Source: Anaeramoeba ignava BMAN (lineage: Eukaryota; Protista; Anaeramoebae). Taken from it: a stretch of DNA of 64,000 nt. This document shows, piece after piece, positions 1 through 28,330 of this stretch. Position numbers and translations under genes: made by a program. The DNA lies in NCBI GenBank assembly GCA_028826165.1, contig JAPDFW010000070.1, forward strand, positions 1,488,001-1,552,000, read 5' to 3'. Positions within the stretch are counted from its first letter, which is position 1, and the number at the start of each line of letters is the position of its first letter. The notes under the pieces were generated by a model, which had not been told where the DNA came from, did no database searches, and worked only from the letters and a program-made list of their open reading frames with translations.

Positions 1-881
1 TTGATTTTTAATTTGAATTTGATTTTGAATTTGATTTTGATTTTCATTTTCATTTTCAATTTGAATTTGATTTTTAATTTGATTTTTATTTTTATTTTGA
101 TTTTCAATTTGATTTGAATTTTCATTTTCATTTGAATTTGATTTTGAAAAATGTTCAAAATGTTCCATTGAATTGATTCGATAAGAAAGTAAATCTTGAT
201 CATTTGTAATTGATCTTGAATTTCTTTTAATGAAAACTTTTTGATTTTTATTTTTATTTTTATTTTTATTTTCATTTTCATTTTTATTTTTATTTTGATT
301 TTGATTTTGATTTTGATTTTGATTTTGATTTTGATTTTTATTTTGATTTTTATTTTGATTTTGATTTTTATTTTGATTTTTGATTTTCATTTTGATTTTT
401 ATTTTCATTTTGATTTTCATTTTGATTTTGATTTTGTTTTTCATTTTGATTTTGTTTTGGTTTTTTTAAAGAATGTTGATTTGCAATTTTTTTTTTTGTT
501 AAATTATTATTAAAATCAAGAATAAAAGAATAAACATGATCACTGTAAATTGCTGAAAAAGAATCAGGAAGAGATAAAAAGCGTCTTAAAGTTAAAAAAA
601 AAATAAATAAGAAAAAGAAATTTAATTCAATAATTTTTTAATTCAAATAATTTTATTTTGAATACAAATCATCAAATTCAGTTTTAGAAAGTTTAAAATC
701 TTCTGGTAAAAATGTTTCTATTGCTATTTTTTAAAAAAAAATTTTTTTATTGAATTAAATTTTTTTATTAAAAAGAAAAAAAAATTTTTTTAGTTATTTT
801 TTATTTTAAATTACTTTGTCCAACATTTGTATCAAATTTAATTACAAAAATAGAATGAATCCATTTATTAATTAAAAGCAT
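1..881 (-). CDS. DENND6: DENND6/FAM116-like DENN-domain Rab GEF, 5' part (runs off the window start)
   Basis: Not in the ORF track; assembled by hand. Exons 881-815, 723-666 and 584 onward, with GT-AG introns 814-724 and 665-585. Spliced product MLLINKWIHSIFVIKFDTNVGQTIETFLPEDFKLSKTEFDDLRFLSLPDSFSAIYSDHVYSFILDF matches the uDENN start of DENND6 (W..C.V.FD...GQ......LSFPDS). A QN/EN low-complexity tract with a probable frameshift follows. Confidence 0.75.
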
Positions 882-1075
882 TTCATTAGAAAAAAAAAAT
901 GAAAAAATGAAAAAAGAAAAAAATCATTTTTTTTTAACTTTTTTTAACTTTTTTTAACTTTTTTTTTTAACGAAAAAAACACAAAAACACAAAAACACAT
1001 AAAAACACATAAAAATACAAAAAAACACATAAAAACACATAAAAACACAAAAAAACACTAAAAAAAACAAAACTA

Positions 1076-15607
<14,532 letters not shown>

Positions 15608-15644
15608 ATTTTATTATTTTAAAATTTCATTTTAATTTAATTAA

Positions 15645-17311
15645 TTAAAAAATCAAACATTTTCCATTTTCATTTTCATTTTCAAAATCAATATTAGCTA
15701 AATATTGTAAATTAGGAACATCATAAAAACTTAAAATAAGTTCTTTTTTCTTATATTTTTTTAAAAGAATTTTTGGAATTGATTTTAATTTTTTGTTTCC
15801 TTCAATTAAAAATTTATTTAAATTTGTTAATTTTATAAAAATTTTGTTTTCTAATTTAGAAATTTGATTATAAGCTAAATCAAAAATAGATAAAGAAGTA
15901 ATATCTCCTAAAGAAATGGGAATAGTTTTGATTGAATTTGCTCTTAAATTTAACTATTAAATTAAGAAAAATTATTTAAATTGAATAATTTTAGAAAAAA
16001 GTGGAATAAAAATTTACTTCAATTAAAGAACAACAATTTCCAATAGAATTTGTAATTTCAGAAATTGAACATTGTTGAAGAGATAATTTTCTTAATCTTT
16101 TCATGTTTCCAATTGAATCAGGAATTACTGATATTTTATTTTTATTGCATTCTAATTCTAACAAATTAGGACATTTTTCACCCAAATCAAGAGGAAGTTG
16201 AGTCAAATTATTGTTTGAAATGTATAAGTAAGAAAGAAAAGGGCAAATGTTATCAATATTGAATTGATTCATTTCACAATTAATAAGAGAAATTGATTGG
16301 ATTGAATTTGATAAAGTTGGATTAAATTTGAAAAATTTTTGAGAATGAGAAAAATCAACACGAGAAATATGAGGAGGAAAAACAAGAGAAGAATTGCTAT
16401 TGTTTTGATTATGAAGATTCCATGATTGATTCCCAATAGCTAATAAAGTTCTGAGTTGATTCATATAGTGAATTGAAAATAAATCCAATCGAAGATTTGA
16501 AAGTGAAATATCTAAATGAACAAGATTTTTCAATTTCTTAATAGATTCAATATCTAATTTTTGACCAGTTCCTGTTGAAAAATTAGATAAATTTAAATAA
16601 GTTAAATTACTAAATAATCCAAAATCAATATTTGAATTTGATCTGCAATTTGATAAATTAAGACTCAATAAATTTGGAATATTAAGAAATATTGGATTAA
16701 TATCAACATTAATAAGACTTGATAAAAATGAGATTGATCTTAAATTCCTTAAATTATCTTTTTGACAGAATTGATCAATTTCTTGATTATTAAGTTCTAT
16801 TCTTTCTATTGTTATATTTCTTATTTTTGAAAGAAGATCAAATCTATAAAGTTGATTTACACGATGTATTTTTGATGTTTGTTGGATTTTTAAGTTTTTC
16901 AAATGAGAACAACTTATCCAAAAATTATCATTTGTTAATCCATTTAATTCACAATCAAAAAGAGTAAGATTTCTAATTTTTGAATTTGATAATAATTCTT
17001 GAAGAGATTGAATCCATTTATTTTCAGCTTTTTCCAATCTAATATTTCTTAAATTATTACATTTTGATAATAATAATAAAGATTTTGAATTTTCTTTATC
17101 TAAACAATTCGATAAATAAATTGAATTTAAATAATTTGAATTGAATTTTGAAATTTTTTTTTCATTTGGAAAAGAAATGTAAATATTTTTCCATAAAAAT
17201 GGATCAAGAGCTAATTGACTCCATTTTTGACAAACAAAAGCAATTTGTTTTAATTGTGTATTTGATAAAAAAGTGAAAAAATATTTTTTTTTATGATTTT
17301 TCAAAAATCAT
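15645..17311 (-). CDS. F-box + leucine-rich-repeat protein (SCF substrate-receptor-like); 2 exons, start uncertain
   Basis: Partial F-box FFTFLSNTQLKQIAFVCQKWSQLALDPFLWKNI, then LRRs (LLSLNLSNC, LTYLNLSN, LSYLYISNNNLTQLP, LRKLSLQQCSISEI). A phase-0 intron at 16017-15954 joins a final exon LNLRANSIKTIPISLGDITSL... ending in TAA at 15647-15645. The ATG at 17311 is out of frame, probably through an A-run indel. Confidence 0.8.
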
Positions 17312-17414
17312 TTTTTTCCTTTTTTCTCTTTTCTTTGTTCTTTTATATTAAAAATAATAAATAAATAATAAATAATAAATAAATAATAAATTCTTTTTGT
17401 GTTTTATTCATTTA

Positions 17415-18823
17415 ATGAATCCAATTGATTCAACTCAAATAAAATTGATAAAAGAATTAAAACAACTTTTAACACAAGAAAAAATCACATTAGAACAAAT
17501 TAAAGAAATTGCAACAAATGGATTACCAAATAATTCATACAGAAAAATTTTATGGCCAATTCTTTTAGGAATTGAAAATATCAAGTAAAAAATTTTTCAA
17601 AAAAAAAAAAATACAAAAAAAATGGATTCTTCTTTATCCAATTGGATCTTTATCCACAACAAGAAGATTCCAAAAACAACACATAAAACTCATGTTGACA
17701 TCTTTGCAAAAAAAGCGAAAAAAACGATTCCACTGAAATCCGTTACCATCGCGACACGAACCAAGTCAAACAAGATGTGGATCGGTGTTTGTGGAAAGAT
17801 TCACTTGGATGGAGCGAGATTAAGAAGACACGGAAGCGTGAGAAGCTGCAGAGAATCATTGACAAGATCATGTGCAAGTACGAAAGCAGTCTTTATTATT
17901 ACCAGGGCTTCCACGAAGTGTGCAGTGTGTTTCTTACAATTTTTGGTGAAAAAAAATCTTTTTTCCTGTCAGAAAATGTTGCATTGTATTTCATGCACGA
18001 CAACATGAATAAGAACTTCAACGTTGTGCTCAAATATCTGGACATCATATACGCGCTTATTTTGCACATCGACCCGAATCTCCACAAGTTCCTTCAGGAT
18101 GCTTCCATGAACACTTTCTTTGCGACGAGTTGGGTGCTCACTTGGTTTTCTCATGTTGTTTCCGAAATGAAGTCTATTTTTCGCTTGTTCGACTTTTTCT
18201 TGTCAGAGCACCCCTTGATGCCGTACTACTATTCTGCGGCTTTGATACTCTATAATAATAATTTAATCCAGAAATGCGAGTGCTCGATGTCTGACGTTTT
18301 TAACTGTCTTCAATCATTAGTAACGGAAATGAATGTTGAAGACGTTATTTTAATAGCTAGAAAATTGATGCAATTATATCCCCCTAAGGTTATATTAGAA
18401 GAGATGAAAGTCCAAATTACTCAAGAGTTCCATTCAGTCCACTTCCCAATTTTGAAGGGTTTTGATAAGATCCAAAATGACATGATCTCTTTTGAGATCA
18501 CCGTTGATGCAAAAAATTTCCTTCTCCAGTTTCTTGACAACCAAGACTCAGACAACCCCATTCTTCAAAAGAAACCGCCGCAAAATACAAAGTCAAAATT
18601 GATTGCTTTTGTGAATAGAAGGAAAAAGAAAAAACCCATTTCTAAAGAGCTTCAAATTAACAAGCAACTCCAAAAGGTTTTTTCTTCAAAATTTGAGAAA
18701 AATCATCCTCTTTTTGTTTTAGTAAAACCAAGTCAATCTTGGGTTTATTTGATACTTCAACGATTCAAGATTATAATTTTGATTTTCATTATTATTCTTT
18801 TCGTATTTTTCTTTTTGTATTAA
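17415..18823 (+). CDS. TBC1D20: TBC-domain Rab GTPase-activating protein with C-terminal transmembrane anchor (TBC1D20/Gyp8-like)
   Basis: GLPNNSYRKILWPILLG; QVKQDVDRCL (R-finger); LYYYQGFHEV (Q-finger); FFATSWVLTWFSH; RLFDFFLSEHPLMPYYYSAA; hydrophobic tail IIILIFIIILFVFFFLY. The junction at 17585-17720 is frameshifted or contains an unresolved intron. Confidence 0.85.
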
Positions 18824-18914
18824 TCAAAAAAAAAGAAAAGAAAAATAGTAAATAATATTAATTATTTTTGTGAATAAAAATCCCAATAAACTTTGTTTTA
18901 CTTTTTGTTTTTTT

Positions 18915-21068
18915 TTAAAAGAAAAAATTAATGAAAAAAAGAATCAAAATTATTCCAATAGAAAATCCAATTTCCTTTCCTTTTGAAACAGAATTTTCTG
19001 TGTGAATTTCAAGACTTGAAACTGTTCCACAAACCGATTCTGAATCACAACAAGAAACTTGCACTGAATAATTGAGATTTTCGAATTTGGTTTTAAAAAT
19101 TTGAGAAGTTGAATTGAGACTAAATTGATTTGAATCATCTTGAGAAATGCATTGATAAGAGAAGTTATAGTAACTTGGAGAAATAGGAGATAATTGAGGA
19201 GGTTGCCAAGAGCACGAGACAAAAACTCCATGATAAACAGAGCAAGAAAAATTTTCAACGGAAGCAAATAAAGTTTCGATCCAAATTGTATTCATTTCTC
19301 CTTGAACATTTTCTCCGCATTCCGTTGTTGGACAGGCAAATATAGAAATTGAGAAATTTGTGGAAGAATTCAATCCAGATAACTCGTCCGTTTTGTTCAC
19401 GTTTGGGATTGATTTGTTTGTGAGAATTCCTGAGCCGTTATGATAAGAGATTTGATAGTGATCCAAATTCGGAATTTCGCCGTTAAAAGCGACATTGGGA
19501 TAATCCCAACTCAAAGCTATTGTTTGGCTTGTTGGTTCACCCGAGAAGTTCTTCACTGAATCGATCCTTGTTGTTAAATTGATCTGGTTAGTAGATCCTC
19601 CGCAAAATCCGCTTGTTGTGTTGCATGCACGAATCTCGATCGAGTAGTTATCGTTCCCCGTAATATTCGAATACACAGACGAATTGAACTCCTGATAGTA
19701 GACATTCTCGCCAGAGTCGAAGATTGGAGAAAGAATATCCGTCCAGTTCTCGAGATATTTGATTTCGTACTTGATATCTCCTGATGAACTAACTTGGTCC
19801 CAAAAGCACTGAAAAGATGAAAATAGAGAAGTGCAATTTTGGATCGTAACCGAAGATGGGAAAATAAGCATTTCATAAACATATGCTGAGCCTTCGTTCT
19901 GTATTCCCGAAGGATCAGCGCACGGAGCTCCTACAGCAACTGTATCTTGTGCTATCGCAACGCTATACCCAAAAAGATCATCGTTTGTTCCATCACTTGC
20001 ATTTAAAATTTTGATTTCTTCCCATTCCGTTGAGTTCAATTCAAACACATAAGACTTTCCAGGAACATGTTTTCCGTTTTGTGTTGGATTGTTCCCAATT
20101 ACCGTTAAATTTCCCGAAATTGAAACACTAAATCCAAAATTATCCAACGCTTCGCCATCAGAACTTGTCAAATTTGCAACTTGGTTCCAAGTTGTTTCAT
20201 TTCTCTCAAAAACATAAAATTTTCCCTGCGAAGCATTTGCTCCAACTACCGATCCTGGTGCTCCAACAACAAGAAGATGCTCTGCTGAAATTGCAAGACT
20301 TGATCCAAAAGAATTTGAACTCACATCTGGCTCAAGAATTTGCTCTTCAATCCAACTTGTGTCGTTTTTGAAAACATATACTTTTTGAGCACTTGGAACA
20401 CCAGCAAAAAAATAAGAGTCCGTTATTGCCACACTTGATCCAAAAAATTCCGGATTTGCCGAGCCAGAAACATTTGTGACAAAATTCCAAGCGGTTTCAT
20501 TTTTATCAAAAACATAAACTTTTCCTCGACTTGAATTGGCAAATGGTGATCCAACTACAATTGTTTGTCCATCTTTTGAAATGGCAACGCTTTTGCCAAA
20601 TCTGTCGCCTGATTCTCCATCACTTGCATTTAATTGGCCAACTTGATCCCAAACTGCTCCATTTTTCTCAAATACATAAACATTTCCTGTCATTTCACTT
20701 GAATTATATGCTCCAATAACAATAATTGTCCCGTTTGATCCTATTCCAATACTTGATCCAAATTGATCCAATTCTGCTCCATCGCTCGCAATTAATTCTC
20801 CCACTTGGTTCCAACTTGATTCCGTTTTTTCGAAAATATATGCTTTTCCCTTTTGGTTTTCATTTGGTGATCCAATTACAAGAATTTCTCCATTTTCTGA
20901 AATTGCTATACTTGATCCAAAAGTATCGTTCGCTTCTCCGTCGTTTGCGTTCAGAATTGTATTGTTCCATTGAATTACTCCTTCTTTTTCCTTTTCTTTC
21001 AAATTTATTGTGCAAAAAATAAAGTTTAAAAAATAAAGAAATGCAAACAATAAAAATAAAATTTTCAT
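18915..21068 (-). CDS. Surface protein: signal peptide, 7 FG-GAP repeats (beta-propeller), ~3 FN3-like domains, C-terminal hydrophobic (TM/GPI-type) tail
   Basis: Intronless 717 aa ORF starting MKILFLLFAFLYFLNFIFC. Seven LxASDG...D.FG.S.AIS....VVGAP units, FN3-like segments (IALSWDYP, YQISY, YSIEIRAC), many N-x-S/T sequons, and a C-terminus IGFSIGIILILFFINFFF with no cytoplasmic tail. Confidence 0.9.
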   Translation of the reverse strand: MKILFLLFAFLYFLNFIFCTINLKEKEKEGVIQWNNTILNANDGEANDTFGSSIAISENGEILVIGSPNENQKGKAYIFEKTESSWNQVGELIASDGAELDQFGSSIGIGSNGTIIVIGAYNSSEMTGNVYVFEKNGAVWDQVGQLNASDGESGDRFGKSVAISKDGQTIVVGSPFANSSRGKVYVFDKNETAWNFVTNVSGSANPEFFGSSVAITDSYFFAGVPSAQKVYVFKNDTSWIEEQILEPDVSSNSFGSSLAISAEHLLVVGAPGSVVGANASQGKFYVFERNETTWNQVANLTSSDGEALDNFGFSVSISGNLTVIGNNPTQNGKHVPGKSYVFELNSTEWEEIKILNASDGTNDDLFGYSVAIAQDTVAVGAPCADPSGIQNEGSAYVYEMLIFPSSVTIQNCTSLFSSFQCFWDQVSSSGDIKYEIKYLENWTDILSPIFDSGENVYYQEFNSSVYSNITGNDNYSIEIRACNTTSGFCGGSTNQINLTTRIDSVKNFSGEPTSQTIALSWDYPNVAFNGEIPNLDHYQISYHNGSGILTNKSIPNVNKTDELSGLNSSTNFSISIFACPTTECGENVQGEMNTIWIETLFASVENFSCSVYHGVFVSCSWQPPQLSPISPSYYNFSYQCISQDDSNQFSLNSTSQIFKTKFENLNYSVQVSCCDSESVCGTVSSLEIHTENSVSKGKEIGFSIGIILILFFINFFF

Positions 21069-21099
21069 AATTTTTTGAAAAGAAGAAAAATGAAAAATG

Positions 21100-21690
21100 A
21101 AAAAATGAAAATTATTTTAATTTAATATTTAATTTATAAATTAATTTTAATTTTAATTTTAATTTTAATTTCATTATTAAAATAATAATTTATTGTTTTA
21201 GAATTAAATATTTTCTTATTTAAATATTTAACATATAAATATAAAAAATGAAAATTATTTTAATTTAATATTTAATTTATAAATTAATTTTAATTTTAAT
21301 TTTAATTTTAATTTCATTATTAAAATAATAATTTATTGTTTTAGAATTAAATATTTTATTATTTAAATATTTAACATATAAATATAAAAAATAAGAATAG
21401 ATTTAATTTAATATTTAATTTATAAATTAATTTAAAAATATAATTTATTATTTAATTTTATTATTAAAATAATAATTTAATGTTTTAGATTTAAATATTT
21501 TATTATTTAAATATTTAACATATAAATATAAAAATGAAAATAAGTTTAATTTAATATTTAATTTATAAATTAATTTAAAAATATAATTTAATATTTAATT
21601 TTATTATTAAAATAATAATTTATTGTTTTAGATTTAAATATTTTATTATTTAAATATTTAACATATAAATATAAAAATGAAAATAAGTTT
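21100..21690. repeat. ~143-bp AT-rich tandem repeat, 4 units, upstream of BTB-ARM copy A
   Basis: Marker GTTTTAG recurs at 21195, 21338, 21482 and 21625. Confidence 0.9.
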
Positions 21691-22214
21691 ATATTATTTT
21701 AAATAAAGAAAAGTTGATAAAATATATAAAATGGAATTGATTCTTAATTTAATTATTAATTATTCTTTATTTCATTTTTTATTTTTTTTCATTTTTTCTT
21801 TTCAAAAAAAAAGCAAAAATTTAAGTAAAAATTATTTTTAATTATAAAATAAAAAATCAAAATAAAATTTAATAATAAATAATAATAAAAATATAAAATA
21901 AAAATTAAATTGAAACGAAATAATTGTTAATTACTTATTAATTTATTATTATTTCAATAAATAAATAAAAAAAGGAAAAATAAATTTCAAATTTTATTTA
22001 AAAGAAATTATCAATAAAAAAATTAGAATTTAAATTTAATTCAAAATAAAAATGAAAAATAAAATAATTTATTATTAATTTATTATTATTTTATAAATAT
22101 TTATTTAATTTATTCAAATAAAAAAACTAATTTTCCTTTTTTTTAATTAAAAATAAAAATAAAAATAAAAATAAAAATAAAAATAAAAATAAAAATAAAA
22201 ATAAAATTAAGAAA
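21690..22214 (+). promoter_or_regulatory. Upstream/promoter region shared with copy B (34770-35298)
   Basis: Near-identical to the sequence upstream of copy B (ATGGAATTGATTCTTAA, TTGAAACGAAATAATTGTTAATTACTT) and ends in (TAAAAA)n before the ATG. Regulatory function is inferred from position only. Confidence 0.45.
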
Positions 22215-25200
22215 ATGAGTGATTCTTCAAAAGAAATTGATTCAAAAAAGAAATCAAAACAAAAAAAGAAGAAAGATCAAAATCAAAATCAAAATCAAAT
22301 GGATCTTCAAGAACAATTTATCCAAATGCAAAATCAAATCCAACTTTTAATGCAAAATCAAAAATCAAAATCAAAAAAAAAATCAAAAAAAAAAATCAAA
22401 CAAAAAAATCAAAATCAAAATCAAAATCAAAATCAAAATCAAAATCAAAATCAAAATCAAAATCAAAATCAAAATCAAAATCAAAATCAAAATCAAAATC
22501 AAAATCAAATCCAAAAAATTACATTTAAAGAAATTTATTCAAAAGAAAAATCTGAAAAAATCCAAATATCAAAATTATATCAACTTCCTCCTCAAGAAAT
22601 TAATAAATTTTTAATTTGTGAACTTCTTTCAAATTACAAAGCAATGTTTCAAAATGAAGAAAATTGTGATTTTATAATTTATGTTGGAAAAAATAATCAA
22701 AAAATTCCTTGCCATAAATCAATTCTTAATTCAAGATCAATATTTTTTTTTGAAAATCATCATGAAAAATCAGAAACTGAAGAATTATATCTTCCACAAT
22801 TTGAATATGAAATTGTTAAACCAATCATTTCATTTCTTTATGATTCAGAATTTAAATTTGATTTAAACAAATTTGAAAAATATTTTCAATTTGCAAAAGA
22901 TTTTAAATTAATAAGTTTAATAATTAAAATTGAAAAAGAAGTTTCAGAACAAATTAATGAAACTAATGTTATTCCAATTTATTTCAAAAGTATTTTCATT
23001 GAATCGAATTATATTTCCAATATTTGTGAAAAGTTTATTAAAGAAAATATGAAGAAGATTATTGAAGAAAATCAAACTGGAAAAATTAATAATAAAGAAT
23101 TAAAAGAAATTATTCAAATTATTCAATCAACACCAAAAGAAAGTAAAATTGATTTAATTTGGAAATTATCTCAAGATTGGAAAAAGAAATTTGAAAAAAG
23201 CAATAAAAATTTAATTGATAAAGAACAATACATTGATCAAATTCAAATTAAAGAACTCAATAATGAAATTCAAGATTTTTATATTATTATTGATAATATT
23301 AAAAATAATGGATTTATTTACTTGAATTCAAGAACTCAAAACAACCAAATTTTACCTCCAACTCAACAATTCCAATTAATAAATGAAAAAAATAAAGAAT
23401 TAAATCAAGAAAATCAACAACTTAAACAAAAACTCAAAAACCAAGACAAAATAATTCAACAAAAAGATAACAAAATTCAAAAACAAAAGAATAAGATCAC
23501 AAAAATGAAAAAAGAATTAGAAATTTTTCAAACAGAAAGAAAAGTACATCAAGATTTAGAAAATTATAAAAATCAAATTTCAAATTTAAATGAAAGTAAA
23601 TTATTTTAAATTTTAAATTTTAAATTTATTAATTAATTATTTTCAAATCAAATTTAAAATTAAAACAAAAACAAAAAAGAAACAATTGAAGAAACAATAA
23701 AATATATGAAACAATATCAAAACAATGAAATTATTCAACAAAAAGGATGTTTTATTTTACAAAAATTTGGAAAAGAAAATGAAAGTAAATATTTATTTTA
23801 AAACTTAATTTACTTTTTGAAACAATTTTTGGATAATAATAATATTAAAAATAATAAAAATAAAAATATTTGGAAATTCAAAGATAATCAAATAGAAATC
23901 AAAAAATTTAATGGAATTGAATCTCTTATTAATGCAATGAATAATTTCCCAAATAATGAAGAAATTCAAATTAAATCAAGTGAAACTTTACAAATATTTT
24001 CAGGAGGATTAAAAAGTAAATTAAATTTATTTTTTTAAATAAATCAAAAATTAAAAGAAAGAAAGAAAGAATTATTGAGAAATTTAAATCTTTTTCCTTT
24101 TATTTATTTTTCTTCTTTCCCAAAACAAAACAAAACAAAAAGAAGAAGAAAAAGAAAATCGAAAATTACAAGCAATAAAAATTTCTAAATTAAATGGAAT
24201 TAAAACAATTATTAACACAATTAATAATTATCCAAATAATCAAATTATTCAAGAAAAATCTATTTCAATTTTAATTAATATTGCACTTAATTCAGGTAAA
24301 AGAAATTATAAGAAAAAACATTTATTCTCATAATATTTACATTTCAATTTCAATTTCAAAAATAAAAATATTAAAATAGAAAACAAAATTGAAATAAGAA
24401 ATTTAAAAGGAATTAAACCTATTATTAAATCAATGAATAATTTCCCAAATAATCAAGATATTCAATATAAAGGATGTTGGGCTTTATTGAATATTGCTGT
24501 TGATGATGGTAAATATAAATATAAATATAAATATAAATATAAATATAAATATAAATATAAATATAAATATAAATATTTTAATCAATTATTTATTAATAAT
24601 TATTAATCAAAAATATTTAATCAATTTATTTCCAAAAAATTAATTTCAATTTATTTTCCAAAATAAAAATATAAAAATAGAAAACAAAATTGAAATTAGA
24701 AATTTAAAAGGAATTGAAACTATTATTAATGCAATGAATAATTTCCCAAATAATCAAAATATTCAATATAAAGGATGTAGGGCTTTAACGAGTATTGCTT
24801 TTGATAATAAAGGTAAATAAAAATAAAAATATAAATATAAATATAAATATAAATATTTTAATCAATTATTTATTATTAATTATTAATCAAAAATATTTAA
24901 TCAATTTATTTCCAAATAATTAATTTCAATTTCAATTTATTTTCCTAAATAAAAAATATTAAAATAGAAAACCGAATTGAAATTAGAAATTTAAATGGAA
25001 TTGAACCTATTATTAAATCAATGAATAATTTCCCAAATAATCAAAATATTCAAGAAAATGGATGTTGGGCTTTATTGAATATTGCTGTTGATGATGGTAA
25101 ATATATATAAAAATATAAATATAAATATAAATATAAATATTTTAATCAATTATTTATTATTAATTATTAATCAAAAATATTTAATCAATTTATTTCCAAA

Positions 25201-25915
25201 AATTAATTAATTTCAATTTCAAAAAAATATAAAAATAGAAAACAAAATTGAAATTAGAAATTTAAAAGGAATTGAACCTATTATTAATGCAATGAATAAT
25301 TTCCCAAATAATCAAGATATTCAATATTATGGATGTAGGGCTTTATTGGTTATTTCTGGTGATAAAGGTAAATAAAAATATAAATATAAATATAAATATT
25401 TTAATCAATTATTAATTATTAATTATTAATCAAAAATATTTAATTAATTTATTTCCAAAAAATAATTAATTTCAATTTCAATTTATTTTCCAAAATAAAA
25501 ATATAAAAATAGAAAACAAAATTGAAATTAGAAATTTAAAAGGAATTAAACCTATTATTAATGCAATGAATAATTTCCCAAATAATCAAAATATTCAATA
25601 TAAAGGATGTAGAGCTTTAGAGAATATTGCTGCTGATAAAGGTAAATATAAATAAAAATATAAATATAAATATAAATATAAATATTTTAATCAATTATTA
25701 ATTATTAATCAAAAATATTTAATCAATTTATTTCCAAAAAATTAATTTCAATTTCAATTTATTTTTCCAAAATAAATATCAAAATAGAAAACAAAATTGA
25801 AATTAGAAATTTAAAAGGAATTGAAACTATTATTAATGCAATGAATAATTTCCCAAATAATCAAAATATTCAAAAATATGGAAAAATAGCTTTAGAACAA
25901 TTACAAAAAAACTGA
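22215..25915 (+). CDS. BTB/BACK - coiled coil - armadillo repeat protein, copy A (10 exons; one ARM repeat per exon)
   Basis: Exons 22215-23595, 23680-23784, 23884-24015, 24143-24295, 24380-24508, 24681-24812, 24968-25096, 25239-25367, 25513-25641, 25788-25915 (TGA). All introns are GT-AG, phase 1. BTB: CDFIIYVG...[15 protein letters not shown]...IISFLY. ARM unit: [40 protein letters not shown]. Confidence 0.9.
24380..25915 (+). repeat. Tandem array of ARM exon+intron units (~270-300 bp period): 5 variable cassettes plus a terminal capping exon
   Basis: Exons of 129/132/129/129/129 nt share ATGAATAATTTCCCAAATAAT. Introns share GTAAAT(ATAAAT)n...TTTTAATCAATT...ATTAATCAAAAATATTTAAT...AAAATAG. 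Confidence 0.95.
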
Positions 25916-26029
25916 ATTATCTTTTCATCTTTTTTCTTTGATTTCTTTTCTTTTTCCAAACAAATTCAATAAAAAAACAAATTCAAATTCAAATTATTTT
26001 CCTTTTAATTTTATATTTAATTTCTTAAA

Positions 26030-26571
26030 ATAAATCAATAAATAAATCAATTAATAAATCAATTAATTAATCAATCAATAAATCAATAAATCAATAAATC
26101 AATTAATTAATAAATCAATTAATCAATTAATTAATAAATCAATTAATCAATTAATTAATTAATAAATCAATAAATCAATAAATCAATTAATTAATAAATC
26201 AATTAATCAATCAATCAATCATTTAATCAATCAATCAATCATTTAACCATTTAATCAATCAATAAATCAATCAATCAATCAATTAATTAATAAATCAATA
26301 AATCAATAAATAAATCAATCAATCAATCATTTAACCATTTAATCAATCAATAAATCAATCAATCAATCAATCAATCAATTAATTAATTAATTAATCAATA
26401 AATTAATAAAAAATAAATAATTCAATAATTCAAATAAACCAAATAAATAAATCAATAAATCACAAATAAATTAATAAATTACTAATAAAATAATAAATTA
26501 ATCAATCAATAAATCAATAAATTAATAAATCAATAATCAATTGTCAATCATTTCATTTGTCAATCAATCAC

Positions 26572-26609
<38 letters not shown>

Positions 26610-28299
26610 TACTAATAATCAATCAATAAATAAATAAATAAACCAAAAAATCAATAAAATCACCAATAAATCAAAATCAATCAATTAAAATCAATCAATC
26701 AATTAATTAATCATTGTTAATAATCAATAATAATCAATAAAATAATCAATAACAAATCAATCAATAATAATTAATCGATAATAAATAAATAAAAAATTCA
26801 CCAAATCAATCAAATTGTCAGTCAATTTCAATCATTTCAATCAATCAATCAAACAAATCATCAGCCAAATCAATAAAATAAATCACTAAAAATAAAATAA
26901 ATTAATAAAAATAAATCAATCACCAAACAAATCACCAATAACAAATCAATCAAATCAACCAAAAAATTTTCAAATCAATCAATCAATCAATCAATCAATT
27001 AATAATAATTAATAACTAATAAATAATAAATCAATAAATTAATCAACAACAAAATAATAAATTATTAATCAATCACAAATTGTAATAAATTAATTAATTA
27101 ATAAAATAAATCAATTAATAAATTACTAATAAATAACAAATCAATAATAAATAATAAATTTGTGCAAATTAATCACAATAATAAATCAATTAATTAATAA
27201 ATAATAAATAATTAATCAATTTCAAATAATAAAATCAAAATCACCAAATAAATCAATCAATAAATAAAATAAAATAAAAACAAATGTAATTAATCACCAC
27301 AAAATAAATAAATAAATAAATCAAAAATCAATCAATACCAAAATAAACAATAAATAAATCAATCAATCAATAAATTACCAATTCAACCAATAAATAACAA
27401 CCACCACCAATTACAAATAATCATTAATCACCACCAATTACCAATAATCAATCAACCACCAATCAATTGGTACCATCAATTCAATAAACCAATTAATTGG
27501 GTAAATCAACTAATAATTAATCAATATGGTAATTATCAATCAATACAATAATTACAATCCAAATTACCAATTAACAAATTAATAAATTGTCAGCCAAATC
27601 AATCAATCACCACAAAAATAAACCAACACCACCAAATTGGCCAACCATCAATAAATCAATAAATTAATAAATTAATAAATAATAAATTAAGCCAAATTAA
27701 TAAATAATAATAAATCAATCAATAATACTCAAAATAAATTCAACCAATAAATGAATAAATAAATCACCACCAATCCACCACCAATAATCAATCTAATAAA
27801 TAATTAATAAATAAATGCAAAACAATACTAATCAATCAATCAATCAATCACCAACCAACCATCAAAAATCAACCAAATACCAATCAATTACAAATTAATA
27901 ATAAATCAATCACTACTATTGGTAATTAACCAATTAATAATAAGCCAAATTGTCAATTGTCACCAACCAACAAATAAATCAAATCACCATTTCAATCATT
28001 CAAACCAATAAATAATAAAAAATAAATAAATAAATACAAATTAATTGGTAATAAAATCAATCAACAACTATTAATAAATTAATCAATCAATAAATGAATA
28101 AATAAATCAATCAATCACCAATCAATCAATCAATCAATAATTTAATAAATTAATAATAAATAAATCACCAATTAATAATCAATCAATCAATCAATCAATA
28201 ATCAATCAATCAATCAATCAATAATCAACCAATAATAATAAACTCAATCAATCACTATTACTATTAATTGGCCAATAATAAATAAATCAATCAATAAAT

Positions 28300-28330
<31 letters not shown>

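Noticed and set aside
18915-21068. Calling the FG-GAP/FN3 protein an integrin alpha
   Set aside because: It has no thigh/calf domains and no cytoplasmic GFFKR motif; the protein ends at the hydrophobic segment.
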